A stretch of 63,688 nt of DNA, filler included, from Eremomyces bilateralis CBS 781.70 (GCA_010015585.1; 5 parts of 5 records of this genome joined end to end with filler, not necessarily neighbours in it), one strand, 5' to 3'; shown: positions 43,974 through 56,538, counted from the first letter of the whole stretch. Numbers and translations are program-made. Notes: generated by a model not told the origin, from the sequence alone.

Positions 43974-45292
43974 CTTTGTTGCTATCTTCCCTATAAGTAT
44001 TAACTTATTCGGAATATATTGATTAATTAAGAATCATTAAAATCAGCAGTTAAGCACTCTGATTAGTTACGCTATAACTAGGACCTATCGAAAGAAAGAC
44101 CTATAAAGAACCGGAATTGCCGAACCGACAAATCAAGGTATTAGAACCCTATCGATCCTTGTTAGCGTATAGATCGAATAAATACGAGTCGGAATTCGAG
44201 CCGCAGGCTTAGCACGAGTTACAAGTTATAGCGGATACTCCGTAGATAAAATACGCGGGAGTATACCCAGAAGACAGGCGGCAAGAGATCCGTTAAGAGA
44301 AAAAGCCTATTAAAGTAGGCACTTGTTATGGTCCCAGGCCTGTGGCCTGAGCCCTTGGGTGTGGCTGATAGCCACTGAGGTGTGGCTGGTGGATTGCATA
44401 GGGATTATCAGAAAAGCAAACATAGTTACACTGCATTAGGGCAGCAGAGGGGAGAGTCGCTACTTCACGCACAAAGGCGCCAGGAGATTCTCTCTTTCCC
44501 TCTCTCTTCAGTTTAGATTAATGGAACTTGGTAATCGCAGATCTTGCGCATCCAAACCGTGTCAGCACTAAGAGAAAGATCCTGAAGTTGGATCCGAAGA
44601 ACCACTACCTTCGATTTAAAGAATCCGTAGTCCTCGATAATAGAGGTGCGCTAACGAAGGCAGCTTCCGTAGGACTTCGAATCTTCCTTCGAAATCCTTA
44701 TAGAGGAGACGCCGTTACTAGGCCGGAGCGCCTTACGGCCTTTTACACCGGCGATACTTTCTTGCGTCACGTTTAAGATGACCCAAAGGGATAGTTTACC
44801 CTCGTTCTTCGTGCGGCGAAGAACTACTAAGACGAGCAGGAAACTATCACCGAATTATTAGTACTAGTACGAGAAATTCGGGCGACGCCGACTAAGAAAA
44901 TGATAAAGCCTACTAATGCTTCCCCTGTTAAAAGAGAGGAGAAGTATATAGCGATAAATGATAAACTAATCCGTATACGAGCTTAGAGAAATAAGTATAA
45001 GTCTTAGTAGAAAGACCTCTAAGCCGAGATCGCAGAACTTAAAAATAAGGTTAAAAACCTTAAGACCGAAAAGAGCCAGGCAGACCCTATAGAACGACGA
45101 TATGCTGGCTTCTACGAATCTGAAGAGGAAGATCCCCTAGAGCTGCCTCTACTAAGGCCCCGAGCTCTAGCATCCTCCCTAGCAGTCGTCGAGTCTCGTT
45201 ACACGACTCCTAGTACTAATGCCTCGATGTCTATCTCTACTAAGAAGCGTGCTGTAAAGCCTTTTTAATTCAAAGGCACCGATGCAGACAAG
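43974..45292 (+). pseudogene. Heavily mutated (RIP-like) transposon relics
   Basis: TpA-rich, stop-riddled sequence with no long ORF. Family not assignable with confidence. Confidence 0.45.
44324..44564 (+). repeat. Solo LTR family B (diverged subfamily)
   Basis: TSD GCACT at 44319-23 and 44565-69. Confidence 0.9.
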
Positions 45293-45480
45293 TGTCATGG
45301 GCCCAAACCACGAAGGATTTGGTAAGCTGGTAACGCTGTTGAATTGCTAAAGAGAGAAGGAGAAGATCTCTCTTACTGCGATCTGCTATTTACATCTGTG
45401 GGCAAACGGTCTACCCATCCCTTCTGCCTTAGGCCGCAAGGCCACAACACACAGACTGGGCGAAGCCCAAGACTGTCACA
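45293..45480 (-). repeat. Solo LTR family A (no TSD)
   Basis: 188-bp reverse complement of 30546-30733. Confidence 0.93.
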
Positions 45481-45866
45481 TATAGTATCTATATTTTTTT
45501 AAACGCCAATTAGTTGTCGAAAAGCAGCAGAATGGCCTTCAATATATTCGTTATCGTGATTTCGGTTGGGAAAGCTACACCAAATCCTGGGATTTTGGCT
45601 CAGACGCTGTTGGTAGTGGCGCCAAGTCTTCGGATCTTCCTTGTCACGTGCCTTTCAGCGGCTGAGGTATCTGAGACAAGAGATGCGAACCCGCAAGCGG
45701 GTTTCGCTGAAAGAGTGCGTGAATCATATTCACAGAAGCATCATAAAAGGCTTGCTTTTTATCAAAGATCAGAGGTTATCACTTAGTCATTATACAAGAT
45801 TTCTTTCCTTTTTCTGTACCTTACGTAATCCTGGGTAGTCACGCCACGCGCCCAACATATCCCCCA

Positions 45867-46008
45867 TATAGATTCCTCCTTCATAGCAACAATTCAATGT
45901 TTACCTCACGATTGGAGTTTCCCTACAGTAAGGTCCTTATACTTACGATTAGGGTGTCCGATATGGGCCTCGGTGAGAGGCCTAACGGGCGTATGAATCT
46001 CTCTCTCA
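45867..46008. repeat. Adjacent diverged fragments of LTR C and SINE-like D
   Basis: ATAGATTCCTCCTTCATAGCAACAATTCAATG (C), then GGGCCTCGGTGAGAGGCCTAACGGGCGTATGAATCTCTC (D). Confidence 0.75.
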
Positions 46009-46468
46009 CAATTAGGATCAATGTTACTGGTAGATCTAAGGGTATAACATTGATTAAAAACATACTAGCCATTCCTCGGGCACTGTCATCGCTGTATAGT
46101 TAAGAAGAGGCCTCGCACTTCGGTAAAATTGACTCCTCCTTTTAATCAGATTTGACATTCCGAATAGAGTATCTTTCTCTTAAATGGGCTCACTCTTATC
46201 TTTAACCGACTCTTCGTCCTAAACCGGCTCCGCTTTGTCCTAAACCGGCTTCCCATCGTCAACGAACTCTCGATTTTACACAGGCTGTACGTCCTAAATA
46301 GGCTCCTTTTTAGAGTACGAATAGACGAAGGATTTTTCCCACTCTGTCGTGTTTTATTGCTCTCCCAGCGATTGTGGTATTTGCTAGCCCTGAACAGAAG
46401 TTTAACTTGAAATATTTTCCCGCATTGCTGTTCGCTTATAATTATACCAGTACTCGACGGTGTGAACA

Positions 46469-47323
46469 CTACAGGTCGCTTTGTCTCTTCCCTGTGACAG
46501 CCCAGGCCTCGAACTTGACGCCACCCTCTCTAGAAACCTCTTCCTTGACAGCCTCATTAACAGCGGCTGGCCAGCTGGCAATCTCCTGATCATTCCACCC
46601 CTCTTTGGCGCTGCGTGTGAAGTCACTGAGCATAAACCCGCGTAGACCATCGATCTCGTCGCCTTCGCATATTACACTGACAACTTCCTGCTTGACATCT
46701 ATAAAACCCGTAGCGCGTACCATTTCAGCAACAAAGCCATCATGCATGAATTCTGTCCGAGGGACCTTCATCGGTTCGGAATCGGCGCGCACCTTCTTCT
46801 GGGCGGCATGGATGATTTCTGCCGCGCCGAAGCGCTTCCAGACAGTCACAACAAGTGTACCGTTAGGCTGGAGAGTGCGATGCATCTCCTTGAAGCAGAC
46901 TAGGGCGTCTGTGAATGTGAAGGCGCTGATATTGGAGATGCTGACCGTGAAGGTTTTGTCCGTATACGGAAGCTTGTGGCTATCGATGACGGCCGCATGG
47001 ACGTGCTGCCAACCTTGGCCCTTGATGCGAGCCTCTGCAGCCTCAACCATGGCCGGCACGTTGTCGTTGGCATCGATGCGGTTGGGCTCATGACCTAGGT
47101 GCGCGATGACAGCCGCTGCTGCTATGGCTGGCCCACAGGCATCGTCGTTAATGATGCTACTTGTATCAAGAAGGCTAGGGTTCTGCGCGAGGTACTTGGC
47201 AATAACCTTGGCAGTACTGTTTCCTGTCGAAAGAGTGTAATTTGTAGCCAGCTCTGTAAAGTATTTGGGGAAAGTACGACGCGGTGAGTGACCCTCCATA
47301 AACTTGCTGGCAGCGGGATTCAT
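46469..47323 (-). CDS. Class I SAM-dependent methyltransferase (UbiE-like)
   Basis: Motif I DDACGP, IDANDNVPAMV, LPYTDKTF and EMHRTLQPNG. First plausible ATG at 47323. Confidence 0.85.
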   Translation of the reverse strand: MNPAASKFMEGHSPRRTFPKYFTELATNYTLSTGNSTAKVIAKYLAQNPSLLDTSSIINDDACGPAIAAAAVIAHLGHEPNRIDANDNVPAMVEAAEARIKGQGWQHVHAAVIDSHKLPYTDKTFTVSISNISAFTFTDALVCFKEMHRTLQPNGTLVVTVWKRFGAAEIIHAAQKKVRADSEPMKVPRTEFMHDGFVAEMVRATGFIDVKQEVVSVICEGDEIDGLRGFMLSDFTRSAKEGWNDQEIASWPAAVNEAVKEEVSREGGVKFEAWAVTGKRQSDL

Positions 47324-47556
47324 CTTGGGATTCTTTGTGTTATAGTAGGTAAGCAGTTTGTGTGAGTTTAGGCGAACGGCGATGGTCAAATACGAGGCTG
47401 CAGGTGTGAGATAAATAGCGGTTTCGCTCAATCAGGTGATTGGGGCAGCGACATAGTGGGAAAATACTGTTAAATTCCAAAAGAGCGTAGATAGATTGAC
47501 CTTAGTCTTAATAAGCGTAAAAACTTCGAGAATACGCCCATATTTAATTAAGTTCT

Positions 47557-48259
47557 GTTGACAACTTGACATGACTGTCTTCAACAATGAGCGATTAATA
47601 ATATTGTCTTGTTTCTAACAAACCTGCGTGGAACTTGATGCCTCAGGCATCCAAACCCGGCTCGCAATCTCCACGGTCAAACCGTCTCAGAGCTGGGGAA
47701 TTCCGCGCTCGTTGCCTCGGATCCGGTCTAGCTGGCGACAGATCAGTCGAAGTGCGATGCTTTGTTTTCGATTCAAGGTGAACGTTTGCTCCGCTAACTG
47801 CCTCCCTACCACAGAGAACGACGTAGAGTGGCCGAGCTGGATACGCATGAATGGGTCTACACTCTACAGTCTACACCCCCGCCCCCGCCAGGGCTTTCTA
47901 TGTCCGACTCGACCGTCGTAGATTGGACCTCGTGCTCCTCGAAACCGTTCGGGACCCTGAAGTCGGCGGACCTGTCCTCAGCTCCGTCGTTCTCAACCGT
48001 GCCTTAGATCCCTTGGATCCTCCTCCCCCTCTCTCTGGAGTCTGTTTCATCTCATCTCGTCTTCTCTTGCCTTATGCAACTATTCTACAGATATTGGACA
48101 GTAATTCTAAGATCAGTAAGCTACAGCTAGTTAGTATTGTTCTTAGTCTTATACTTTTCCTTGAATCATGTGAACTTCTATCCCACTATGCTAGACATTA
48201 AGCCTCTGTAGATATTCCAATCTTGGAAGATTAAGCCTCTGCAGATATTTCAATCTTAA
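47557..48259 (+). repeat. Diverged Copia LTR (related to 12987-17454) split by an inserted PIF1-helicase fragment
   Basis: 47557-47652 matches the 3' LTR start (TGTTGAC...GTGGAACTTGATGCCTCAGGCATC). 48170-48259 matches the 5' LTR end (AGCCTCTGTAGATATTCCAATC). 47686-47795 is paralogous to 38960-39067. Confidence 0.75.
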
Positions 48260-48349
48260 TAATCCTCCATTCCAACCAATGAACCGTAAACCTTTCGTGA
48301 TGCTTCTGTGAAAGATTCGAGTGCCGTTTTAGAATTCAAAATCGCCCAC

Positions 48350-48600
48350 TCGAGCTTCGTTCCTCAAGGCTCTTTTTGGGCGAACCGCTTGCCGGTTCGC
48401 ATCTACTCTTGTATAGTTGCCCGGGTAGTGGGCACACCTTTTGGGTAGTCGACGAAGGTTGGGGTTGAAGTGGGACAAATCACGTGAAACTCACGTGAAT
48501 GTCATGTGATTTAAGTGCATAGTATTTCGATCCTCGCGGGGCACAAGGGATGCGAACCCGCAAGCGGGTTCGCTGAAAGAGAGCCTGGAGGAACGAAGCT
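48350..48600. repeat. Helitron-like terminal structures: hairpin GCGAACCCGCAAGCGGGTTCGC + GCCTGGAGGAACGAAG
   Basis: Plus-strand copy at 48552-48598 and inverted diverged copy at 48353-48402. 48445-48515 is an inverted copy of 36981-37050. Confidence 0.7.
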
Positions 48601-49019
48601 AGAGTTTACAATTTTCGAACGTCCTTTTAAAAAAGGGGTCGAATTATAATCACATAAGCATCACAAAAGGGTTGTTATTCTATTGGTGTTCTGGGGAAAC
48701 AGAGAATTAAATTTGATACGTATGTCAGAGCTCTAACTAGGTCGATCAATTTAGTACCCATAGGACTATCACCACTCGAATGCTAATAAAAGAGAAAAGG
48801 GATTCGTACACTATGTTCATTACCAAATCCTCCTAATTCTTGTCTTATAATCGCTTCTGTATTGCGTACGCTCGATGTTTTTAGTCTAGTCAGCTACCTC
48901 AATTTTTTAGGAGGATAACGGTTACGATGTGGCCGAGATCCGCTATTCAAGTTCGATAGTAGAGCCGATATATTCGAGGAGCCTTCGGGGTATGCCGTAG
49001 TAGAGGGAGAAGTAGGAGT

Positions 49020-49900
49020 AGATTACGAGTCTACGGTGCCGTCTGGGTGCGGTGGATAGAGGTCATGTAGGCTCGAGTCCGATAGCGTTAGTATTTCATC
49101 GACCGGCCCCGTAAGGCGCGATCTTTTCGAAGGGGTCGATAGAGTAGGCCGGCCCTCCCAACGACTTAGTCGTTTCGACGGCGAGGAAGTGGTCGGGGTC
49201 GTCGTGAGTCCGGCGGACGTAAGTTTTGGTAAATAGGCCAGATCCAGGATTCGGACGGCCAGAAGGTTCGTATTAGTCGTACGACCTACCACCTTTGCGG
49301 TAAGGGTGATGAATGTTCCTGCTTAAGGGATCTTCACCTTTGCCCAACGTTTAGAATCCTCTAAGAAGCAGGCCATAGAATATGGAACCGGTGCGGCGTT
49401 AGAGGCGTCATAGACGGAAGTGTCAATCACGAAGCGGCGAGCGTGGGCAGGGTCTAGGGAGTTATCGTTATTGCGAGACGACACGGAGCCAACGATGGTT
49501 ACCATTAGACACCATTAGTCTAGCAAACGTTGGCGGTACTCGTCGAAGTTCGAAACGTCACCCGGATGTCTAGACCGGTTTAGTCGAGTCATAATACGAG
49601 TATAGGTAGACGAGCCTTATCAGACTGAGTGCCTGGACGTTTATCTCTAAAGTATTATCTACAGATAAGGTAGTAGAAAAGCGACCGTCTGCGTAGAAGA
49701 AAGCGTTAGGGATAAACAGTTCCCGCTACTCTTAGGTTAGATAGGCACGAATCCGCGCCCGAATAGGCTTAACGACGACATCCGAATAGTAGAAGCCGTC
49801 TTCCTCGAAGATATTAAAGTCGGTTTAGATCTTAACGTAGTTAGATGAGCCTTATCGAGTCGGGTCATTCGCAACGGTATCAATAAAATCACGAATATGA
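49020..49900 (-). pseudogene. Degraded accessory gene of the Helitron-like element (possible OB-fold ssDNA-binding protein)
   Basis: Fragments MVTIVGSV...RRFVIDTSVYD...LAVRILDLAYLP between the terminal hairpin and Rep. Many stops. The fold is an inference. Confidence 0.45.
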
Positions 49901-50599
49901 ATAATATTCGAGAGTGAGGGCAGTCGAGACATATTGGGTAAACACAGTTAGGGGAGGGATATCAGGGGTGATCCAACGGTCGCAGTATCGAGGTAAGAGT
50001 TGATTGATATGGCGGTCGAGAGGAGCACGAGGTAGGGATGGAATTCCCACTTTATCTAATGTTATGAGGGAAATAAAAGGCAAAGAGGGGTCGGCTGATC
50101 AATTAATGAAGAGGGAAGAGAGGGAAAGAGGGGAAAGGACGGGAGAAAGAAAGAGAAGTTGACGTAATATTGGAATAGATTCTATAAGACAGGTTACACA
50201 ATAGAGCGCGGAGCGCGGGTTGGTGATATGTCATGCACGTTGCCGTGTCACGGGGAGCGAATTTCGCGGAAGATGAGTCGTAGAAGATAGATGAGAATAC
50301 GAGCTCGGACTGGTATGATGGGGGAAAGTTGGAAGTCGTAGATTGATAGGCTGGTTGATCAAGTTTCGTAGCGTTCAAGGTGAAGGGATCCAGGACTTAG
50401 GGGGCGATCGTGTCTGCGGTTGAACGGTGGTAGAGTGGGGGAGGGATTGGGATCGTAAGTAGTCTACAGAGCCAGGACGGGATAAGGGATACTGTTCGGT
50501 CGACTGATTAGTTCGAGTTTTAAGAGGATAGCCTGTATATCGCGACAGGAGTTACGAATCTAGATAAGCCGGTACTTCAATTAATTCGAATCCGTTATA

Positions 50600-53500
50600 G
50601 AGGGCTACTGTTAAGGCGAGGGGAGTTTATCCGACCGGTTCCGTCGTTGGAGCGCATTATATCGGGAGCGCATGGCGCAGGCGGGTATAGAGTTGCGGAC
50701 ACCTGCTAGTGTCCTTAACACGATAGAGCGGGAGTTCGAAGACGGTCAAGAAGGTCGAAATCCGAACCGGGATGGATCAGTGCTCGCAGGCCTAGGTCTT
50801 CGGACGTCAGTAGATATTACTGAAGAATTCGAGAGAGAAGACGAGTAGGCCAGAATAGATAGGAGATCCCGCCGCCGGCGGACTCAGACGCCGAGTGCGA
50901 TGCCGAGGGCGACGTCGTCCGGCGAGGTAGCTGGTAGTACTAAGCACGGTTCGAGCGAGATCAGCCCTGCGGTCGTAGCGAACCGATCCCATTTAGGACG
51001 GAGGAGGTCCGGGTCGGCCATTTCTCGTGAGACGCCCTCCAAACGCGTCCGAAGAGCGGACCGTTCGGAGTGGAGTGAAGAGGAGCAAAGGAGAGAGCTC
51101 GACGGCGTTATGCGTGGATTGGATAACGAATTTGCCGAGAAAGAGCAGCTCTCTTATAACCAGGCGTGGTATACGCCGATCCCAACCAGGAGCAAGGTTA
51201 ATACCGTCCAGGAGTTCTATAAAGCGTTCCATGATGTGAACACGTTACCGATACTCACTTACATGTTTTGTTATGGCAAGTACGGTCGGATCGAGCTACA
51301 GGAAGTAGCATAGCAGCGGTAGATCGGTAGTCCTATTAAGAAGCGTCAAGATTCACCTTTTCAATATATCAAGTATTTCCCTATCGGGAAGAGCATTAAC
51401 GGGTATAGTTCCTGTCTAAAGCACTTAGAGAAAGGTAGTCTATCTCCAGCCGCCCAGTTACACGACCGACTCGGGTGCGAGCATATATTCCCCGGTAAAT
51501 TAAAGGATCTGACGCCGATCGAGGAGAAGCTTATCGCGCTGAATTCGTGCTACGGCTTTATCGCCCAGTATAGTATCCCTAATGGTCCGAGGCAAGGAGT
51601 GAGGTATAGAAGGCATGTCAAGGGGCATATCACCGTCTTCCCAAATAACGTGCAGGAGCTGGTGGCCAACGTCCTCCCGCATCCGCTCCTGAAGGTAGTC
51701 GACGAGATTCATGTATCCTGGTAGGGGTCGGAGAAGCCAGTACCAAGCGATCTATCGGTCCTTCTATCGGTTCGGCGTCGGGTGGTAGAGAAAGCACTGG
51801 TGTGGCTAAAGCGGCATAATCCGCTATATAGGCACATCGAGATCGACGTGGCGGAATTGGACAGCTGGGATGCGCCCTTACACGGGGTACCATCTCGAGT
51901 ATATGAGCGGTTAAGACGGGACGAGCCGTCGGCGCAGGAGAAGGCACGAACCGGGCAGGTAGTCCCGTCTACGGAGCGTGGCCTAGACGAGGGAGAAGCA
52001 GTAGATATTCGAGAAGTACTGGCTACGTTAGGTTAGGGGGACNNNNNNNNNNCGTTCGTGACGCACTAGGCCAACAGGATCCGGGCAATAAACGACGGGG
52101 TGGGACGGCAGAGGTGCGGCGTTGGAACGGTGCCGAGCCGTATATCGTGGTAAACCGGGGCGAGGACTTTGCCGATCCGTTCGATGCACGGTTTTTCGCA
52201 AAGACGTTCCCAACGCTGTTCCCTCTCGGTCGTGGGGGCCCACTTCAGGCGGATAAGAGCATCCAGGACGTCGCTGGGGCGAGGGACGTAGGCATCGAAG
52301 CGGCTGATCGGCTGAGGGGCCTTATTATATCACGGAACATGAGCCTCGAGACGTAGGCTAAACTAGTCCTCCAGCGTCACGGTGGTCGATTCGCGTCACA
52401 CCACATCTTTCCCTTTCTTGTTTTTAATGTAGGCGTCCGGTCAAGGAATCGCCGTGCCAGCATGGCGAGTGTCGCAAGGAAAGATTTCCCCGCAGTCGAG
52501 CGCATCGTACGTTCGCTGAACGCGGAGCGGCTAGAGCGTGCCAAGGGCGAATTAGAGGTCTCGCGAACGACGAGCGACGAGGACGTTAATAGGCTCTTAA
52601 GGAGCCTATCGCTGTATGGATATCGCCAGCCGATGTCGAGGGAGAGTCGTTTAAGCATGCGGCGCAAGATCCAGTCCCTCATCATTCGGGATGGTATTCC
52701 GGCAATCTGGTTCACGCTGAATCCGAACGATATAACCAATCCGATCAAGCTCCGGCTTGCTGCGTATCGGACCCGGGATCCAGAGGTGGCTGAAGCCTTC
52801 TTAACGAGTCTAGATCTAGCGTACAAGCGAGCACGGCTGGCGATCTCGGACCCGCTCAGTTCGGCAATCTTCTTCCACCGGGAGATTTCCCTATTGTGAT
52901 GGATCAGAGGTCCGCAGACCTGGATGCCTTGTGGCCCTGTGGCCCGTTTGCTCTGTAAACACCAGAACAGATAAACGCCTCGCACACCTTAGATAGATTC
53001 CTCCTTCATAGCAACAATTCAATGTTTGCCTCACGATTGGAGATTCCCGACAGTGAGACTCTTACACCTATTCTTTAAGCACTACGTAAAGATAGGGGAG
53101 GACTCGGTATTCGGGCGGATTAATCGATACTTCGGAGCCGTGGAGACTAACGAGCGCGGGTCACTACATGTCTACGGACTCCTCTGGCTTCAGGGAAATA
53201 TGCAGCTGAGTTCTATTTCGCAAGACGATAATGAAGAGGATCGGGAGGCATATCGGGAGCGGGTTGCCCAGTATATAGATAGCGTATTTACCGAGGTATG
53301 TCCGCCCTATCGTAACCATATAAAGCAACGGTAGTCGAAAGTAAGGCTAAACGATGTAGGATCTCGATTACGAGGCATTTTCCGCCGTTCGGGCGGAACG
53401 GTCCGTAACGTCGGACATATCGCCATTGCTAGCTAATCGCGAGCAATTCGCCGCCGCGTTTAAAGAGGAGGCCAACCTCTGCGCTGGGGCTACGCAGATC

Positions 53501-54876
53501 CACACCCATAGCCCGACGTGTGTAAAGTACTCTATTAACGGGCAAACACGAAGGAATCAGGACCTGTGCCGGTTTAAGGCGCCGTGGAAATTGGTAGAGA
53601 GGACGGCGTTTACCGAGGAGGGAGTGTTGCAGATTCGGCGGACGCATAGCATGGTGAATCGATGGAATAAGGCGATCGCGGTAGGGCTGCGTCATAACCA
53701 TGATATTTCGTTCATCGGAACGCAGTGTAAGACCATGGCTCTCGTCTTTTACCTGACGAACTATGCAACCAAAGTCGAGGATCCGGTGTCAAAACGGGTG
53801 GCCGCAGCGGCAGAACTCATCTCGGCTCATAACGGTGCGACGGCGGAGCGGCAGGAGGGCGCAACGGATGGCCCGATAACGGGCAACGGTAGTGAGAACC
53901 AAACACGCCAGTTTTTGATGAGAATCGCGAACCGGATCTTCACGGAGCGGCCGTTATCACAGGTAGAAGTCGTCTCTAACCTGCTGGGCTACCCCAGGGA
54001 ATTTACTAGTAATGATGCCTGGTCGTTCGTTAACGTCAGTTCCCTATACTGGCAAATTTTCCGCCGATGGCCGCATCTGCAACGCGAGAGTGGTATAGAC
54101 TCTAGAGACGAGGTAGTTAAGGAGACGGTATTCTTGCACGAGGCGGGGGTAAGAATATCTCTAGTGCAGGCATACCCATTCCGTGGCCGAGTCTTCCAAG
54201 AGCTTTGCCTCTATGATTATATGTCGGTAGTCAAGTTGAAGCGAAAGGGTAAGGGCGTAGGTACGTGGGGGGAGATACCATTAGACCATGCCTGGTCTCC
54301 GTCGCGGTCGTGGGTACAGGTGCTACGAAAGTCCGGCGAGCATGCGATGGTCTGCTTTGACGGTTACCTAAGCAGGAACCTGACTGAAGAAAGTGAGGAC
54401 TACTATAAGAGGTATGTGCAGCCCCGCTCTCGGCATGATCGGACTCGTCTCTATATTTATGTGAGAGACAAGACACAATGATGCTTAGGAAGGTTGACGT
54501 TTTGGTATACGTAGGGCGGCTGTTCAGCATCTTGCCATTTTTGTGCCGTGGGAGTCCTTTTGGGGCGATACAACGGGTGACATCAACACCATTTGGGAGA
54601 GTCGAAAGCAGGCCCTGCCTCAGCGGATGGCATTTGTCGCCGATAATATCCAACTACTACACCGGTCGGCCGAAGATGCAAAGCGGGATGCCAAACAGTG
54701 GGCTGCGATGTCCGGAGAAACAGATCCTTTCGCCGATACGGCCGATTTAGAAGATAGGGGAGATGATGGGAATGAAGGACCAAGGGCAACGTACCGGTCG
54801 GACAGTCTCGGCAACGCGATACGACTCATTGACGTCTTAAGGAACGCAATAGGGGCCAATCAGGTTACGGCCGGCT
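50600..54876 (+). pseudogene. Helitron-like Rep (HUH/Y2) gene, RIP-mutated, interrupted by LTR C and truncated by the gap
   Basis: Motifs HVKGHITVFP, FPTLFPLGRGG, PAIWFTLNPND, YFGAVETNERGSLHVYGLLW (HUH), QIHTHSPTCVKY, NHDISF and YLTNYATK (Y2), with TAG/TAA stops. Confidence 0.88.
52895..53066 (+). repeat. Solo LTR family C inserted in Rep
   Basis: TSD CCTAT at 52890-94 and 53067-71. Confidence 0.95.
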
Positions 54877-54976
54877 NNNNNNNNNNNNNNNNNNNNNNNN
54901 NNNNNNNNNNNNNNNNNNNNTTAATTAATTAANNNNNNNNNNNNNNNNNNNNNNNNNNNNNNNNNNNNNNNNNNNN

Positions 54977-55057
54977 AGAGAGATCTTCTCCTTCTCTCTT
55001 TAGCAATTCAACAGCGTTACCAGCTTACCAAATCCTTCGTGGTTTGGGCCCTTGACA
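54977..55057 (+). repeat. Partial solo LTR family A at a contig start
   Basis: Matches the 3' part of family A. Confidence 0.88.
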
Positions 55058-55139
55058 ACGCGTCGTAGATAGCTCTTCTTCTTTAGCTTTGCAATAAATG
55101 AAAGTGGTTCTCGTAACTTCTGCGATCAAACCGTCTCAC

Positions 55140-55298
55140 GAAGAGCAGGAATCCTACGAAAGCAGGCTGTTCCAGCAGCTATTTTATATGATTTACAATG
55201 ATGATCTCTTCCCCAAAAAGGGAGATAAAAAGGAGTATAGAATCGAATACAGAATGAAACAGTGCTGAAATACCAAGAACCAAAGATATCCTGTGACA
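55140..55298. repeat. LTR-like fragment family E
   Basis: Homologous to 28154-28307 and ends TGTGACA. Confidence 0.75.
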
Positions 55299-56466
55299 AA
55301 AAGGTCGTTACAACATGCTCTTCCTTCCGTTCCCGCAGCGTTAGCAACAGTATCCGTTGAGTTTGGTTGGACCGGGTTGGTACCAAAGTTAGGTGGAGGA
55401 ATGTTTGGATCTGGGCCACTATTCGACTTAGAGTCTCCCGCTCCCGCTCGGCGTGGATCAGGGCCAACGGGTTCTTGAATCCAATCGCGCGGTATCTGGG
55501 TAATGAAGTCATACCAGTAGTGACCCATTTCGCGATAGCCTTCGTCTGCTGGGTGAATGCAGTCGCGAAGCTGGCTAATGGGAAAGGTTGTAAAATCCAC
55601 AGCAATGACCTTGTGGCCTTTAGAAGAATACTGCTGAGCGATTTTGGCAACTAATAATTGATATCTCTGAGTCTGAGGGGCTTGACTTGGATCGCAAGTA
55701 TTGATGATCATTGCAACCATGATTATAGCATCTGGGCATAGCGCAATCATCTGGTCAATAAGGTTTCCTAGGCGCTGAGCGGCACCGGAGGGATCATTGC
55801 CTTCCGTTGAGATTGCAGAATTTTCGGTCATATCATTAGTCCCCAGATGTAGGAGAATGATATTTGGTCGTTGTTCCAACGAAGGTTTAACATGATCAGT
55901 GACATATTGAATAGTTTTCCCTGTCCAGGCCGCCTAAGCGAACAGCGGAGTTAGTCGGCTTCTTCTGGGCATATCCAATATCAGTACTTAAGTAAGAATT
56001 GTCACATACAAAATAACCATCAGCCATGCCGCCAGAAAACTCTGTCCCAGCAAAAACAACATTGTCGTCTAGAGGAACTTATTAGCTGGGTACATTATCT
56101 TATGAGTAGCCAGATATTTCACTTACTAGATAAATTGTTACGGAGCTGAAGTCTATAACCGTTCCCATCACCACTCGCGGCTCCTACGGTAATTGAGTCA
56201 CCAACGCAAAGGATCCGAAGCTTTGTGCCCGGCTTGACCCCCTGGCCGGGTGTAATACCCGTTCGTTCTAATAGAAGTGGCACTACGGACGTGTTAAGAG
56301 ACAGTTCCACGTCTCTTCTATCGTGTTTAGTTAGCACTGCTAGAACTGACTGAGAGACCGTAGTATTGCGCGGTTGAAGTCGAGCATCGATTACACGTAG
56401 GGACACCGCTTTAATAGTAGGACAAAGGAGACAAAGGACTGCTATAGTATTAAGTAATGCCTTCAT
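55299..56466 (-). pseudogene. Secreted SGNH/GDSL (CE3-like) esterase gene, 3'-truncated by repeat E
   Basis: Signal peptide MKALLNTIAVLCLLC, block I VGDSITVG, block III LHLGTND and block V DCIHP, over three exons. The reading frame runs into repeat E at 55298. Confidence 0.8.
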
Positions 56467-56538
56467 TCTGACAGCGACTGGGCAAATTTTTTAAATAATG
56501 ATGACTAGTAGAACTGATTGTCAACTCTTGCATAACAT

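Noticed and set aside
28452..47323. Starship giant-transposon interpretation of the accessory genes
   Set aside because: No DUF3435 tyrosine-recombinase captain or element boundary is visible in the window, so it cannot be supported here.
36981..48515. Inverted 70-bp blocks suggesting one 11.5-kb TIR element carrying the deaminase and methyltransferase genes
   Set aside because: The two blocks lie on different contigs separated by an artificial linker, and each is explained as the end of a separate Helitron-like copy.
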